A DNA stretch of 64,000 bases from positions 10,507 to 74,506 of the forward strand of contig CAMWYR010000005.1 of assembly GCA_947178505.1 (NCBI GenBank), read 5' to 3'. How positions within the stretch are numbered: position 1 is the first letter of the stretch; each line of letters starts with the position of its first letter. The stretch comes from an uncultured Muribaculaceae bacterium (GTDB lineage Bacteria > Bacteroidota > Bacteroidia > Bacteroidales > Muribaculaceae). Made by a program: the position numbers and the translations under genes. Of this stretch, positions 46,529-55,721 are shown in pieces. A model generated the notes under the pieces. It was not told the DNA's origin. It worked only from the letters and a program-made list of their open reading frames with translations, and did not search any database.

Positions 46529-47344
46529 ATGTATAACTGGACCACAATCAAAGAATATGAAGATATTCTCTTCGACCAGTTCGAGGGAATCGCCAAAATC
46601 ACCATCAACCGGCCGAAAGTGTATAATGCATTCCGTCCGAAGACCAACATGGAAATGCTCGATGCATTTCATATCTGCCGTGAGCGTCAGGACATTCGCG
46701 TCATCGTGCTCACGGGTGCCGGCGACAAGGCGTTCTGCAGCGGCGGCGACCAGAATGTAAAGGGAGAGGGGGGGTATATCGGTGAAGATGGAGTGCCGCG
46801 CCTCAACGTGCTCGACCTGCATCAGATGATCCGTTCGATTCCGAAACCTGTGATAGCGATGGTAAACGGATATTCTATCGGCGGAGGCAACGTGCTGCAG
46901 GTGATATGCGATCTTTCTATTGCATCGGAAAATGCAAAATTCGGACAGACAGGTCCGAAGGTAGGAAGTTTCGACGGCGGATTCGGCGCGAGCTATCTCG
47001 CCCGATGCGTTGGACAGAAGAAAGCACGCGAAATATGGTTTCTCTGCAAGCAGTATACAGCCGCTGAGGCGCTTGAGATGGGCATGGTGAACATTGTCGT
47101 TCCTTTTGATAAGCTGGAGGAGACTACTGTGGAATGGTGCCGCACGATTATGAAGCGTTCGCCCCTCGCGATACGCATGATCAAGCGCGCACTCAACGCC
47201 GAACTCGACGGTCAGCATGGCCTTATGCAGTTTGCAGGCGACGCTACGCTGCTCTATTACATGCTCGATGAGGCGCAGGAAGGTAAGAATGCGTTTCTTG
47301 AGAAACGCAATCCTGACTTCGACAAATTCCCTCAGTTTCCTTAA
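46529..47344 (+). CDS. menB: 1,4-dihydroxy-2-naphthoyl-CoA synthase
   Basis: 271 aa crotonase fold. [20 protein letters not shown]-terminal [10 protein letters not shown]. Confidence 0.95.
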   Translation: MYNWTTIKEYEDILFDQFEGIAKITINRPKVYNAFRPKTNMEMLDAFHICRERQDIRVIVLTGAGDKAFCSGGDQNVKGEGGYIGEDGVPRLNVLDLHQMIRSIPKPVIAMVNGYSIGGGNVLQVICDLSIASENAKFGQTGPKVGSFDGGFGASYLARCVGQKKAREIWFLCKQYTAAEALEMGMVNIVVPFDKLEETTVEWCRTIMKRSPLAIRMIKRALNAELDGQHGLMQFAGDATLLYYMLDEAQEGKNAFLEKRNPDFDKFPQFP

Positions 47345-47368
47345 TCCTGACCATTTCAGAAGGTACTC

Positions 47369-48427
47369 ATGAGACTTCAATTCGCTCCATACGTACTTAA
47401 ATTTAAAGAACCTGCCGGCACATCACGAGGCATACTGACGGAGAAAATCACGTGCATAATGCGGGTGTTCGACGAGAATGATCCCACCCATTTCGGTATC
47501 GGTGAGGCGGCAGTCTTTCCCGGATTGTCGCCCGAGGCCGATGACCGCTTTTTCTATAAACTGATGGAACTGCAGGCCAATGTGCGTCTGGGTCAGGCTA
47601 CCGATCTTGAGAAATTTCCGTCGCTTCAATGCGGATTTGAGCAGGCCATCAGAGATTTTGCAGCAGGTTGCAGCGGAATTTATTTCGACTCTCCTTTTGT
47701 CGAAGGGAATCAGGAGATAGCAATCAACGGTCTTGTGTGGATGGGCAATTTTGAGGAGATGCTCACGCGCCTTGAAGCAAAACTTGATCAAGGATTCAGC
47801 TGTATCAAAATCAAGATCGGAGCAATCGACTGGCAGAAGGAGATCGACCTGATAGAATATATTAGGAAACGCTATTCAAGAGATGTTGTGGAGATCCGGG
47901 TGGATGCCAACGGTGCGTTCACGATGGAAAATGCGTTGGCTCGTATGCAGAGACTGGCCGATTTAGGAGTCCATTCCATTGAGCAGCCTATCCGCCAGGG
48001 CACTCCGGAGCTGATGCGCTTCCTGTGCGAGGCGTCACCGCTCCCCATTGCCCTCGATGAAGAACTTATAGGACATTTTACTACTGACTCAAAGCGTGAA
48101 TTGCTCGACGCGATCCGTCCGGCCTACATAGTGCTTAAACCGACTCTCGTCGGCGGATTCAGCGGTGCGCAAAAATGGATATCCCTTGCCGAGGAGCGAA
48201 AGATCGGCTGGTGGGTGACGTCGTCGCTTGAGTCGAATATCGGTCTGAACGCTCTCGCGCAATGGGTTGCGACACTCGACACACATATTCCCCAGGGACT
48301 CGGTACGGGCGCTCTCTATACCAATAACTTTACAAGTCCGCTTGAACTCAAAGGTCAGTTCCTAAGCTACAATCCGGCACGCTGTCTTGACCGCGAAGCT
48401 CTCAACACCCTCGACTGGCGCGAATAG
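47369..48427 (+). CDS. menC: o-succinylbenzoate synthase (enolase superfamily)
   Basis: 352 aa. KIKIG, RVDANGAF, IEQP, ALDEE metal-ligand pattern. Sits in the men cluster. Confidence 0.85.
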   Translation: MRLQFAPYVLKFKEPAGTSRGILTEKITCIMRVFDENDPTHFGIGEAAVFPGLSPEADDRFFYKLMELQANVRLGQATDLEKFPSLQCGFEQAIRDFAAGCSGIYFDSPFVEGNQEIAINGLVWMGNFEEMLTRLEAKLDQGFSCIKIKIGAIDWQKEIDLIEYIRKRYSRDVVEIRVDANGAFTMENALARMQRLADLGVHSIEQPIRQGTPELMRFLCEASPLPIALDEELIGHFTTDSKRELLDAIRPAYIVLKPTLVGGFSGAQKWISLAEERKIGWWVTSSLESNIGLNALAQWVATLDTHIPQGLGTGALYTNNFTSPLELKGQFLSYNPARCLDREALNTLDWRE

Positions 48428-48436
48428 TAACACAGA

Positions 48437-49375
48437 ATGACGTATCACGAGTTTTTGAAGGAGTGGAGGGATGAGACGAAGGAGGTAAAATGCCATACGT
48501 CAGGATCTACCGGAACACCGAAAGATATTTATCTGCCGAAAGCAGAGATGGCGCGTAGTGCGAAGCGCACTATCAGCGTTTTCGGGCTAAAGGAAGGGAG
48601 TATCCTTCACTCCTGCATTTCTCCCGACTATATCGGAGGCAAGATGATGGCTGTGCGTGCGGAGATCTGCGGTGGAGTTCTCCAGTGGGAAACGCCCTCC
48701 AACCGGCCGCTTGATAATTACGACGGAGAGCCGATAGATCTGCTTGCAGTGGTGCCGTCGCAGATGATTTTCATTCTCGATCACCCGGAACTGTGGAGCC
48801 GTATCCGCCATGTCATTATCGGCGGTGCACCTATTCCGCGCGAGATTGCCTGCCGTATTCAGGAATCATCCATTGACGCTTGGGAAACATACGGTATGAC
48901 CGAGACTGCCTCCCACATCGCACTGAGGAAGGTGACTGTGCCGGAGCAACCGTTTGCAACTCTGGAGGGGATAGAGATCTGCTGTGACTCCCGCTGCTGC
49001 CTCTCAATCCACATGGAGGGCTGGCAATCTGTGAATACCAACGATATAGCGGAGATAAATGCTGACAGGACATTCAGGATTCTCGGCAGGATCGACACGG
49101 CAATTATTACCGGGGGAAAGAAAGTGTTTCCAATTCCGATCGAGCAAATGCTGGAAGATAAGTTCGGCCGCGATATTCTCATTACGTCTGAACCCGATAC
49201 GAAGTGGGGTGAGAAGATCGTGTGCGTCGTAAGCGGAGAAGCTGTCGATGGGCTGCCGGAAGAGATCAGCGACTGGTGCAGGGAAAGCCTTCGACCCGAG
49301 GAGCGGCCGAAGGAGATTCGATTCGGGGCAATACCCTGCACTCCGAATGGTAAGAAAAAACGAGGGAAACTCTAA
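48437..49375 (+). CDS. menE: short-form o-succinylbenzoate-CoA ligase (AMP-binding)
   Basis: 312 aa. TSGSTGTPKDI near the N-terminus, YGMTET. Last gene of the men cluster. Confidence 0.8.
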   Translation: MTYHEFLKEWRDETKEVKCHTSGSTGTPKDIYLPKAEMARSAKRTISVFGLKEGSILHSCISPDYIGGKMMAVRAEICGGVLQWETPSNRPLDNYDGEPIDLLAVVPSQMIFILDHPELWSRIRHVIIGGAPIPREIACRIQESSIDAWETYGMTETASHIALRKVTVPEQPFATLEGIEICCDSRCCLSIHMEGWQSVNTNDIAEINADRTFRILGRIDTAIITGGKKVFPIPIEQMLEDKFGRDILITSEPDTKWGEKIVCVVSGEAVDGLPEEISDWCRESLRPEERPKEIRFGAIPCTPNGKKKRGKL

Positions 49376-49465
49376 AAAAACATATTAAGAGATTCAAAAA
49401 GTCATAGAAACCTGCTTTTTTCGAAAAAAAAAGAATTTTATTGCAATTATCTCGTAAAAATGTTG

Positions 49466-49473
49466 TAAATTTG
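49466..49473 (+). promoter_or_regulatory. -7 box TAAATTTG upstream of crp/fnr
   Basis: Exact TAnnTTTG, 50 nt before the ATG at 49524. Confidence 0.45.
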
Positions 49474-49523
49474 TGTTATAAAACATTACCCCCCTCTTTT
49501 CCTCATTCCTCGCCCGAGCTGAT

Positions 49524-50225
49524 ATGATAAAGAAAAGTACCCTGGAAAGAATCATCGGTGATGACCTGGCAGAATTATGGAACGCCCTCACGCAGGACGA
49601 GAAGCGAGTGATTGCTGAGAATTTCCATTACGAACGATATAAGAAAAATCAGATAATCTATGCGGAGAACGAATCTCCGGAAAACCTTTATTGTCTACTT
49701 GAAGGGAAAGTGAAACTCTACAAGAGCGGTATCGGCGACCGAGTGCAGATTCTCCGGTTGTATCGTCCGGTGCAATATTTCGGTTACCGTGCGTATTTCG
49801 CGCGCGAGGCATACGTGTCGTCGGCCGCCGCATTCGAGCCTTCCGTACTCGGAATCGTGCCTATGAAGATTGTGGAGGACATCATTCACAAGAATAATGA
49901 TCTGGCGCTTTTCTTCATCCACGAGCTCTCGCGTAATCTCGGAGGGTCTGACACGAAGATCATCAACCTTACTCAGAAACACATCCGCGGACGCCTCGCG
50001 GAAGCATTGCTTATTCTTGCCGACAACTATGGTTATGAGGCCGACGGGGCGACTCTGAAGATTTACATGAGCCGCGAGGATCTGGCTAATCTGTCGAATA
50101 TGACGACTTCCAACGCCATCCGCACGCTCACCACTTTCGTTAATGAAAAACTGATCCTCGTCGACGGCCGCAAGATCCGCATCATCAACGAGCCTCAACT
50201 CCGCAAGATCTCCAAATTCGGTTAA
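49524..50225 (+). CDS. Crp/Fnr family transcriptional regulator
   Basis: 233 aa. cNMP-binding beta-barrel and C-terminal HTH (REDLANLSNMTTSNAIRTL). No N-terminal Fnr-type Cys cluster. Confidence 0.88.
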   Translation: MIKKSTLERIIGDDLAELWNALTQDEKRVIAENFHYERYKKNQIIYAENESPENLYCLLEGKVKLYKSGIGDRVQILRLYRPVQYFGYRAYFAREAYVSSAAAFEPSVLGIVPMKIVEDIIHKNNDLALFFIHELSRNLGGSDTKIINLTQKHIRGRLAEALLILADNYGYEADGATLKIYMSREDLANLSNMTTSNAIRTLTTFVNEKLILVDGRKIRIINEPQLRKISKFG

Positions 50226-50255
50226 CGCAACATTAGTGGATGGAGCCTAAGTAAA

Positions 50256-50289
50256 TGCGCCAATAGACTATGCGGAGTCCATTGGCGCA
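50256..50289. terminator. bidirectional terminator between convergent genes
   Basis: TGCGCCAAT-a-GACT / AGTC-c-ATTGGCGCA (13 bp plus one mismatch) with a 6-nt loop. Confidence 0.7.
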
Positions 50290-50344
50290 CATTATATCTG
50301 ATGATATTTCAATCTTCCAAGATGATAATCCGGAAAAATGGCGT

Positions 50345-50926
50345 TTATGAATTCCTATGAGAATTCATCTGGCGGTCGCGTGCATCTCGCGATGATTGAG
50401 AGGAATGTTTTGAGCCATCATTTGCAATGTAGTTCCCGGCATTGTCACGACGCATAATTGCATTGCCGAATGGCTTACCGAATATTATGCAAATTCCAAT
50501 AATTGTTGCAATCACAGGAAGCATTTCCAGAATTAAGGAAAAGAACGCCACAATCAGATAAAGCAATGTCACAAGCGCTGATGCGCAGAGAATGAAGCTG
50601 ACGACACTGAAGGCAAGCCCTGTCTTCGCTCCGACAGAGGTGACATTATTTATGCCTGAATACACCGCAGCCCCAATTACGCCTACTCCGGCTATTATAT
50701 AGAACCATAAGTTGCCTGCAAAAATGGAAACTATAATTGCAACAGGAACAATCACCAAGAGCGCGATAAACTGGGTCTTAACCGAGAGGGTCGTGACGTC
50801 AAGATAGGCATCCATCATGAATTTGTAGGCAAACGGAGCAGCCATCTGTGCTATTAGAAAATGAATAGCAGCCAATATGGTATGGCTGAGGTCAAAAATA
50901 ATTCCTTCATATATTGACTTCCTCAT
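50345..50926 (-). CDS. polytopic membrane protein, unknown function
   Basis: 193 aa. About 5 TM helices and a polar, basic C-terminal tail. 20-nt overlap with the upstream gene. Confidence 0.6.
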   Translation of the reverse strand: MRKSIYEGIIFDLSHTILAAIHFLIAQMAAPFAYKFMMDAYLDVTTLSVKTQFIALLVIVPVAIIVSIFAGNLWFYIIAGVGVIGAAVYSGINNVTSVGAKTGLAFSVVSFILCASALVTLLYLIVAFFSLILEMLPVIATIIGICIIFGKPFGNAIMRRDNAGNYIANDGSKHSSQSSRDARDRQMNSHRNS

Positions 50927-51326
50927 TATCTACTTCCTGCTCATCGTAGGCTGCAACGTATGAATTATCAGGACGGCTAAGCACGTAGATGATCGACATT
51001 AAGGGATTGGTCTCGATCGTATCATTCTTTCTATTGATCGAGGTATAAGTAATCAATATACGATCACCAATCTTCTGTTCGGTTCTTATCACATCGGATG
51101 GCAGGGTATCCTTCAGAAAGTCTTGGACTGTGGACAACGTAGAAACGATAAAATCGGGTCGGGTAGAATGATACATTGCATCCGTTATTCCCGCAGCCTG
51201 AAATTCTTCTGACACCCCTTCCTCATAATCAGGAGCAATGTCTACAAAAAACGGGAACAGAACTGCAGCGTTAACGCTGACAGCAGAACCAATCATGATA
51301 AATACAGAATATAAAAATCTTTTCAT
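50907..51326 (-). CDS. secreted small protein, unknown function
   Basis: 139 aa. Cleavable signal peptide (FIMIGSAVSVNA) and an acidic C-terminus. Confidence 0.6.
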   Translation of the reverse strand: MKRFLYSVFIMIGSAVSVNAAVLFPFFVDIAPDYEEGVSEEFQAAGITDAMYHSTRPDFIVSTLSTVQDFLKDTLPSDVIRTEQKIGDRILITYTSINRKNDTIETNPLMSIIYVLSRPDNSYVAAYDEQEVDNEEVNI

Positions 51327-51364
51327 GGAGATGGTTATTTCATAGTTTATATTTTAGTTATATT

Positions 51365-51406
51365 CCCCTGAATGGGCTTCTAACCGAAGCATAAATCATT
51401 CAGGGG
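51365..51406 (-). terminator. two-tier hairpin between the lipoprotein gene and the next two genes
   Basis: Outer stem CCCCTGAATG/CATTCAGGGG (10 bp), inner stem GCTTC/GAAGC. Confidence 0.55.
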
Positions 51407-51420
51407 AACATAGCTGACTT

Positions 51421-52089
51421 TTACATTTTGGAAACGTCAAGCGACAGTTTAACAGTCTTGACCTTCACGTAGTCTTCATAACTGTTTTTGTTATATGATA
51501 CAGTCTGGAGCTCAGCCTTTGAGCCTGCGGGAAGCACAACCTTGCCGTCAACAACCTTGAAACACTTGCTGAAACAGCCGATTCTATCTTTAGTAACTTC
51601 TGCCCCATTCTCATCACATCCGATGAGCAACAGAGGGAGAAAAAGATATTGCACATCATGAGACTTCAGCCATGGTTCTGTTACATCTATACTTACATCT
51701 CTCACCGCTTCAATCTCTCCATTGACATCAAACACGGAATTTAGATTGATAATATTTTTGAATGTCAGGTTAATTGGCTGTAAGACCTTGAAATCATCTC
51801 CCGGCTCTACTTCAACGGCCTTACCATTGAGGCTCATAGCGGCTTCTTCGATTTTTGCCTCATATTTAGCCTTCAGTTCATCAATTTGAGCAGAAGCCTT
51901 TTTGAAGTCTGTTACAGATTTATCAGCCGATTCTTCGATTTTGTCGCGCTGTGCCTGATAGTCTGCATAGAGACCCGGAACTTCACCGAAAATCATGCAA
52001 TCCTCAGTGGAACTGCCTGAGCGGCCACATGATACCAACGTGGCAATAGTGAGCAGGCACACGCCTTTCATAAGATGCAAAAGTTTCAT
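51421..52089 (-). CDS. lipoprotein, unknown function
   Basis: 222 aa. Lipobox TLVSCG, predicted coiled-coil segment (DFKKASAQIDELKAKYEAKIEEAA), then a beta-rich domain. Confidence 0.65.
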   Translation of the reverse strand: MKLLHLMKGVCLLTIATLVSCGRSGSSTEDCMIFGEVPGLYADYQAQRDKIEESADKSVTDFKKASAQIDELKAKYEAKIEEAAMSLNGKAVEVEPGDDFKVLQPINLTFKNIINLNSVFDVNGEIEAVRDVSIDVTEPWLKSHDVQYLFLPLLLIGCDENGAEVTKDRIGCFSKCFKVVDGKVVLPAGSKAELQTVSYNKNSYEDYVKVKTVKLSLDVSKM

Positions 52090-52108
52090 ATATTTATTTT
52101 TTTAGGGG

Positions 52109-52780
52109 TTATCGTTTAACGCCTGATTTTTTCAAGTATCCTTTTCCAATTGCCTTGACAATCAGGTCTACTCCATTAATAGCTCCGAGTTTAGAAAAAA
52201 GAGCTTTTCTGTGTGCTTCCACGGTATTCTCGCTCACAAACATGGCAGCGGCTATTTCTCGGGAGGTTTTGCCTTGTGCTATTTGATAGAGCACCTCAAG
52301 CTCCCTGTTAGTGGGATGTAATGAATTGTCGCCAGCCGCCTTAAGGGTTTCATTAACGGCTTCACAATAATAATTACGACCATTAAGAATCTCATCAATA
52401 GCAACGACAAGTTCATTGCCATCTCCAGATTTATAGATAATTCCATTTACTTCCCGAGCAAGCAACTTGCGCAAAGTCCAAATTTCATCATGAACCGTGC
52501 TGACAATAATATGCGCCACCGGATTACGGGCGCGAATCATCTCTATGAGGACAAATCCATCCAGATCCGGCAACTCAATATCGATTATATAGAAATCGTA
52601 TGATAGCCCGGCATCCATAGCCGACACCAACTCCATAGCCGTGCGATATTTGTCAACACACTTTACACCGTTGTTTGTCAGTATTGTGTTGACTCCCTCA
52701 CGAACGAGATCGTGGTCATCGACTACTGCAATCTTCATTTTCGATAAGACGGATTTATCCGGTTCATTATTAGCGGTCAT
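52109..52780 (-). CDS. NarL/FixJ-type response regulator (REC + LuxR HTH)
   Basis: KIAVVDDHDLVREG, DFYIIDIELPDLDG. HTH ELEVLYQIAQGKTSREIAAAMFVSENTVEAHRKALFSKLG. ATG at 52780 (the track's TTG is at 52786; an alternative ATG is at 52738). Confidence 0.9.
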   Translation of the reverse strand: MTANNEPDKSVLSKMKIAVVDDHDLVREGVNTILTNNGVKCVDKYRTAMELVSAMDAGLSYDFYIIDIELPDLDGFVLIEMIRARNPVAHIIVSTVHDEIWTLRKLLAREVNGIIYKSGDGNELVVAIDEILNGRNYYCEAVNETLKAAGDNSLHPTNRELEVLYQIAQGKTSREIAAAMFVSENTVEAHRKALFSKLGAINGVDLIVKAIGKGYLKKSGVKR

Positions 52781-52887
52781 AACCAATTGTGGTTTTGCGG
52801 TTTATCAATACTGCAAAATTACAAACACAATTAATACGCGTCAATTACGGAAATCCGTGATTTTTAACAATGTAGAAGATCGATGAT

Positions 52888-54642
52888 TCAAATTTTCACA
52901 TTAAGTGTAACTTTTGTTCCACTATTATCATCTGTAAGTAATTCAATTACTCCATTTATAGAGCGCGCCCGGCGCCGCATCGAATCCAGACCCAATCCTT
53001 TGCGTCCGTTTGATTTATAATCACCATTGTCAGAAATTTCAGTTGTCAAGAGACCATTCCTAAATCCGAGCGCCACTGATATTTCTGTCGCACCCGAATG
53101 TTTTATGGCGTTTCCTACCGCTTCCTGAACAATTCTATACACTTCAAGAGCAGTAGAATCGGGCACTATTTGCCAGTCAGCAGGGTCAGCAGCATACGTG
53201 AAATTAATTTTCCCATCGTTAGCCCCGGCCTGTTTAACGATGAAGAAGCGTATAACTTCATCAATCGTAGCATAGGCAAACTCGGGAGGCATCAGTTCGT
53301 GGGAGATCCGACGCACCGATTCCCGGCAACTGTCAATCAGTGCGGCAGTACTTTCTATCGGTTTGCCTCCGGAAATATTCATTTGTATGGCCAGAAGGTC
53401 ATTGCACACGCCGTCGTGCAATTCTCGCGACATTCGCTGACGTTCATTTTCAAGACCCTCGACATACTGTTGCGTCAGCTGTCTGCCTATATCCGCCCGT
53501 AAGTTGGCAAACTCGATCTCACGCTTCATGCGTTGACGTCGCTGACGGTTGGCATAGGTTACAAATATAATGACAGACACAAGCAGCAATCCGACTGCCG
53601 CGAAAAGCCACATCAGTGTATAACTTCGTTTCGCCTCACTCTGAGCAAGAGCCAGTTCAGTTTCCTTAGTCTCATATTTTACGGTAAGATCGCGAAGGCT
53701 TTCGGCCTTTTCTTGTGCCCAAAGAGAGTCTCGAAGTTCATTTCCCTTTAATAAAGAGCTATAAGCGTTCCTGAAGTCGCCCATTCCGGCATAGGCGATA
53801 TGCAGGTTGTTGTAGCAATCAAATTTAATATAAGGAAGATTATCAATTCCATCTGACTCAAGAATTTTATTGAACCATATGATGGCACCTCTAGGATCGT
53901 TATTTTTCAGACATATTGAACATTCAGCCTGATAATACACCAACCTTGCCATGATTGAATTAATGTCAGGCAATAGCTGCTCGCACTTCCGGCGCCAGGA
54001 TTGAGACTCCTCTTTCTTCCCGAGACGATCAGAGATAAGCATTGTATATGCGGCTGCCCTGAATGCTGCCTCCTTATTATCTGATGCAACCGCATCTTTA
54101 TATGCAAGACTTTGATAGTCCAGTGCTTGCTCCAGGTTGCCGCATCCGGTCAGTACGGATCCAACCACACCATTTATAGTGCTTCTCAACTCCGGGTCGT
54201 TACTTTTTGATATCCACTCCCCTGCCAATTCTGCATTTTTCGATGCCAGTTCTTTGTGTTGCGTATCAAGATTCAGGACTGCAAGGTTGATATATAGCGA
54301 TGCAATCTCTTCAATTGCTTCCTGATCCGGATTTTCTCTGAATTTCCCGGATGTGATGATCGCGAGGGCTGCATCATAACAGTTCAGGGCCTCATCTATT
54401 CTCCCCAGTGAACGCAGAAATACCCCCTGCGTAGCATACGCGCCAACAATTTGAGTCGGATCATCAATCTCAATCGCAAGGCGCACTGCCTGATCACCCA
54501 CTAAAGCGGCTGAGTCGGTGCGGCCTATACTGTGCAGACTATCGGCTGTTGCCCGCAGTTCGACTATTCTATCAACTTCTTTCGATGCGAATGCAGGGAT
54601 CAGGCCCATTATAAAAGAAAGGGCAAAAACTAAGAATCTCAT
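52888..54642 (-). CDS. TPR-repeat sensor histidine kinase (HisKA_3 + HATPase_c)
   Basis: Signal peptide, about 330 aa of TPR-like extracytoplasmic repeats, a single TM (LMWLFAAVGLLLVSVIIFV), H-box RELHDGVCNDLLAI, G-box GLGLDSMRRRA. ATG at 54642 (the track's TTG is at 54660). Confidence 0.88.
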   Translation of the reverse strand: MRFLVFALSFIMGLIPAFASKEVDRIVELRATADSLHSIGRTDSAALVGDQAVRLAIEIDDPTQIVGAYATQGVFLRSLGRIDEALNCYDAALAIITSGKFRENPDQEAIEEIASLYINLAVLNLDTQHKELASKNAELAGEWISKSNDPELRSTINGVVGSVLTGCGNLEQALDYQSLAYKDAVASDNKEAAFRAAAYTMLISDRLGKKEESQSWRRKCEQLLPDINSIMARLVYYQAECSICLKNNDPRGAIIWFNKILESDGIDNLPYIKFDCYNNLHIAYAGMGDFRNAYSSLLKGNELRDSLWAQEKAESLRDLTVKYETKETELALAQSEAKRSYTLMWLFAAVGLLLVSVIIFVTYANRQRRQRMKREIEFANLRADIGRQLTQQYVEGLENERQRMSRELHDGVCNDLLAIQMNISGGKPIESTAALIDSCRESVRRISHELMPPEFAYATIDEVIRFFIVKQAGANDGKINFTYAADPADWQIVPDSTALEVYRIVQEAVGNAIKHSGATEISVALGFRNGLLTTEISDNGDYKSNGRKGLGLDSMRRRARSINGVIELLTDDNSGTKVTLNVKI

Positions 54643-54686
54643 GATTACTGATAAAAACAAATGAGGATATAATTATCTATCAATAG

Positions 54687-54694
54687 CAAATTTA
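54687..54694 (-). promoter_or_regulatory. -7 box TAAATTTG (minus strand) for the TPR kinase operon
   Basis: Plus strand reads CAAATTTA, about 45 nt upstream of the ATG at 54642. Confidence 0.5.
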
Positions 54695-54775
54695 CAGTTT
54701 TATTTTGATATTCCCATATCAAATGCAAAGAATCTTATGATTTCTCCTATTAATTGATAAGAAAATCGGAATTGT

Positions 54776-54817
54776 AACAAAGGCTTTCAAGTTGGGAGCA
54801 ACCTGAAAGCCTTTGTT
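54776..54817 (-). terminator. strong hairpin terminator after the M48 peptidase gene
   Basis: 14-bp perfect stem AACAAAGGCTTTCA/TGAAAGCCTTTGTT with an inner GTTG/CAAC extension, 63 nt downstream of the stop at 54880. Confidence 0.75.
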
Positions 54818-54879
54818 TAGGATTTTGTGAATTCTAATTGTAGAAATGGATGTTACTATTTAAGGTGATAGCTGACAGA

Positions 54880-55665
54880 TCAGGGCTTCGCGATGCCTTC
54901 TTTCGTGGCGCGCTCAGTCATACGCTTTATGCGCAGGTCGAGATCGGGGTGAGTGGAGAAAAGCTGATTGATCTTGCTGGTCTTGGGGGTGTTTTCCTGC
55001 ATGGATTTAAGCTTTTCAAATGAGAGTGCCATCGCCCAGGGATTCTTGCCCGCTTTCTTCAGGAACTCGTAACCATAGTCGTCGGCTTCCTTCTCCTGTT
55101 TCTGCGAGAATTTGGCTGAGGCAAGGCTCTCACCCAGGTCGCCAAGCTGAGAATCTGTAAGCACCGCAACCTTCGATGATGCAGAAGAAACGGCATCGCG
55201 TAATGCTGAAGTAAGGAGTGACTGCTTGAATGCATTTTTTGAATGGCGGTTGGCAACGTGACCCACCTCATGACCGATCACGCCGAGAAGTTCCTCGTCG
55301 CTCATGATGTCCATCAGAGAGGAGAACACACGCACACTTCCGTCAGGACATGCGAATGCATTTACGTCTATAACATCATAAACCTTGAAATTCAATGGAA
55401 TACCCTCGGCGTCAGTAAGGCCCTCAGTCAGTTTGGCAAGACGGATCGTGTAGGGATTATCGGCAGGTGTTACGGGATTGTTCTTATCCATCCAGTCAAT
55501 ATATTCCTTCACATAAGCGGCCATATCCGCATCGGATATGGTCAGAGCCTTCACGCCCTTGGACACGGCACTGATGCCTTTCTTGAGATTGAACTGAGCG
55601 TTGGCCGGAATAGCCATGCAGAAGCAGAGGGCAATCAGTATACTACCGAAAATTTTCTTTTTCAT
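54880..55665 (-). CDS. M48 family zinc metallopeptidase (exported)
   Basis: 261 aa. Signal peptide. HEXXH in IGHEVGHVANRH. Confidence 0.88.
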   Translation of the reverse strand: MKKKIFGSILIALCFCMAIPANAQFNLKKGISAVSKGVKALTISDADMAAYVKEYIDWMDKNNPVTPADNPYTIRLAKLTEGLTDAEGIPLNFKVYDVIDVNAFACPDGSVRVFSSLMDIMSDEELLGVIGHEVGHVANRHSKNAFKQSLLTSALRDAVSSASSKVAVLTDSQLGDLGESLASAKFSQKQEKEADDYGYEFLKKAGKNPWAMALSFEKLKSMQENTPKTSKINQLFSTHPDLDLRIKRMTERATKEGIAKP

Positions 55666-55721
55666 TTTTGATATTTTGGTTTGTTAAAGGTATTATGCTT
55701 TCTGTTAATTATTTAGAGTCA

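Noticed and set aside
46508-47380. A 290-aa ORF on the minus strand covering the whole of menB. Similar long antisense ORFs occur at 56553..57626 (357 aa, opposite relA/spoT), 11746..12513 (opposite rimO), 14889..15689 (opposite the M13 peptidase), 20695..21372 (opposite tamB), 57792..58403 (opposite DUF1846) and 38933..39475 (opposite nadE).
   Set aside because: By coordinate arithmetic, all seven are in the codon-aligned antisense frame, where antisense codon position 1 falls on sense codon position 3. In that frame, stops arise only opposite the sense codons TTA, CTA and TCA, which these genes evidently avoid. The translations are low-complexity and lack motifs, whereas the sense-strand proteins carry unambiguous family signatures. 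I treat them as shadow ORFs, not overlapping genes.
49417-49437. An A/T-only palindrome CTTTTTTCGAAAAAAAAG after menE, considered as a possible terminator
   Set aside because: The stem is made only of A-T pairs and would be very unstable. I do not call it a terminator.
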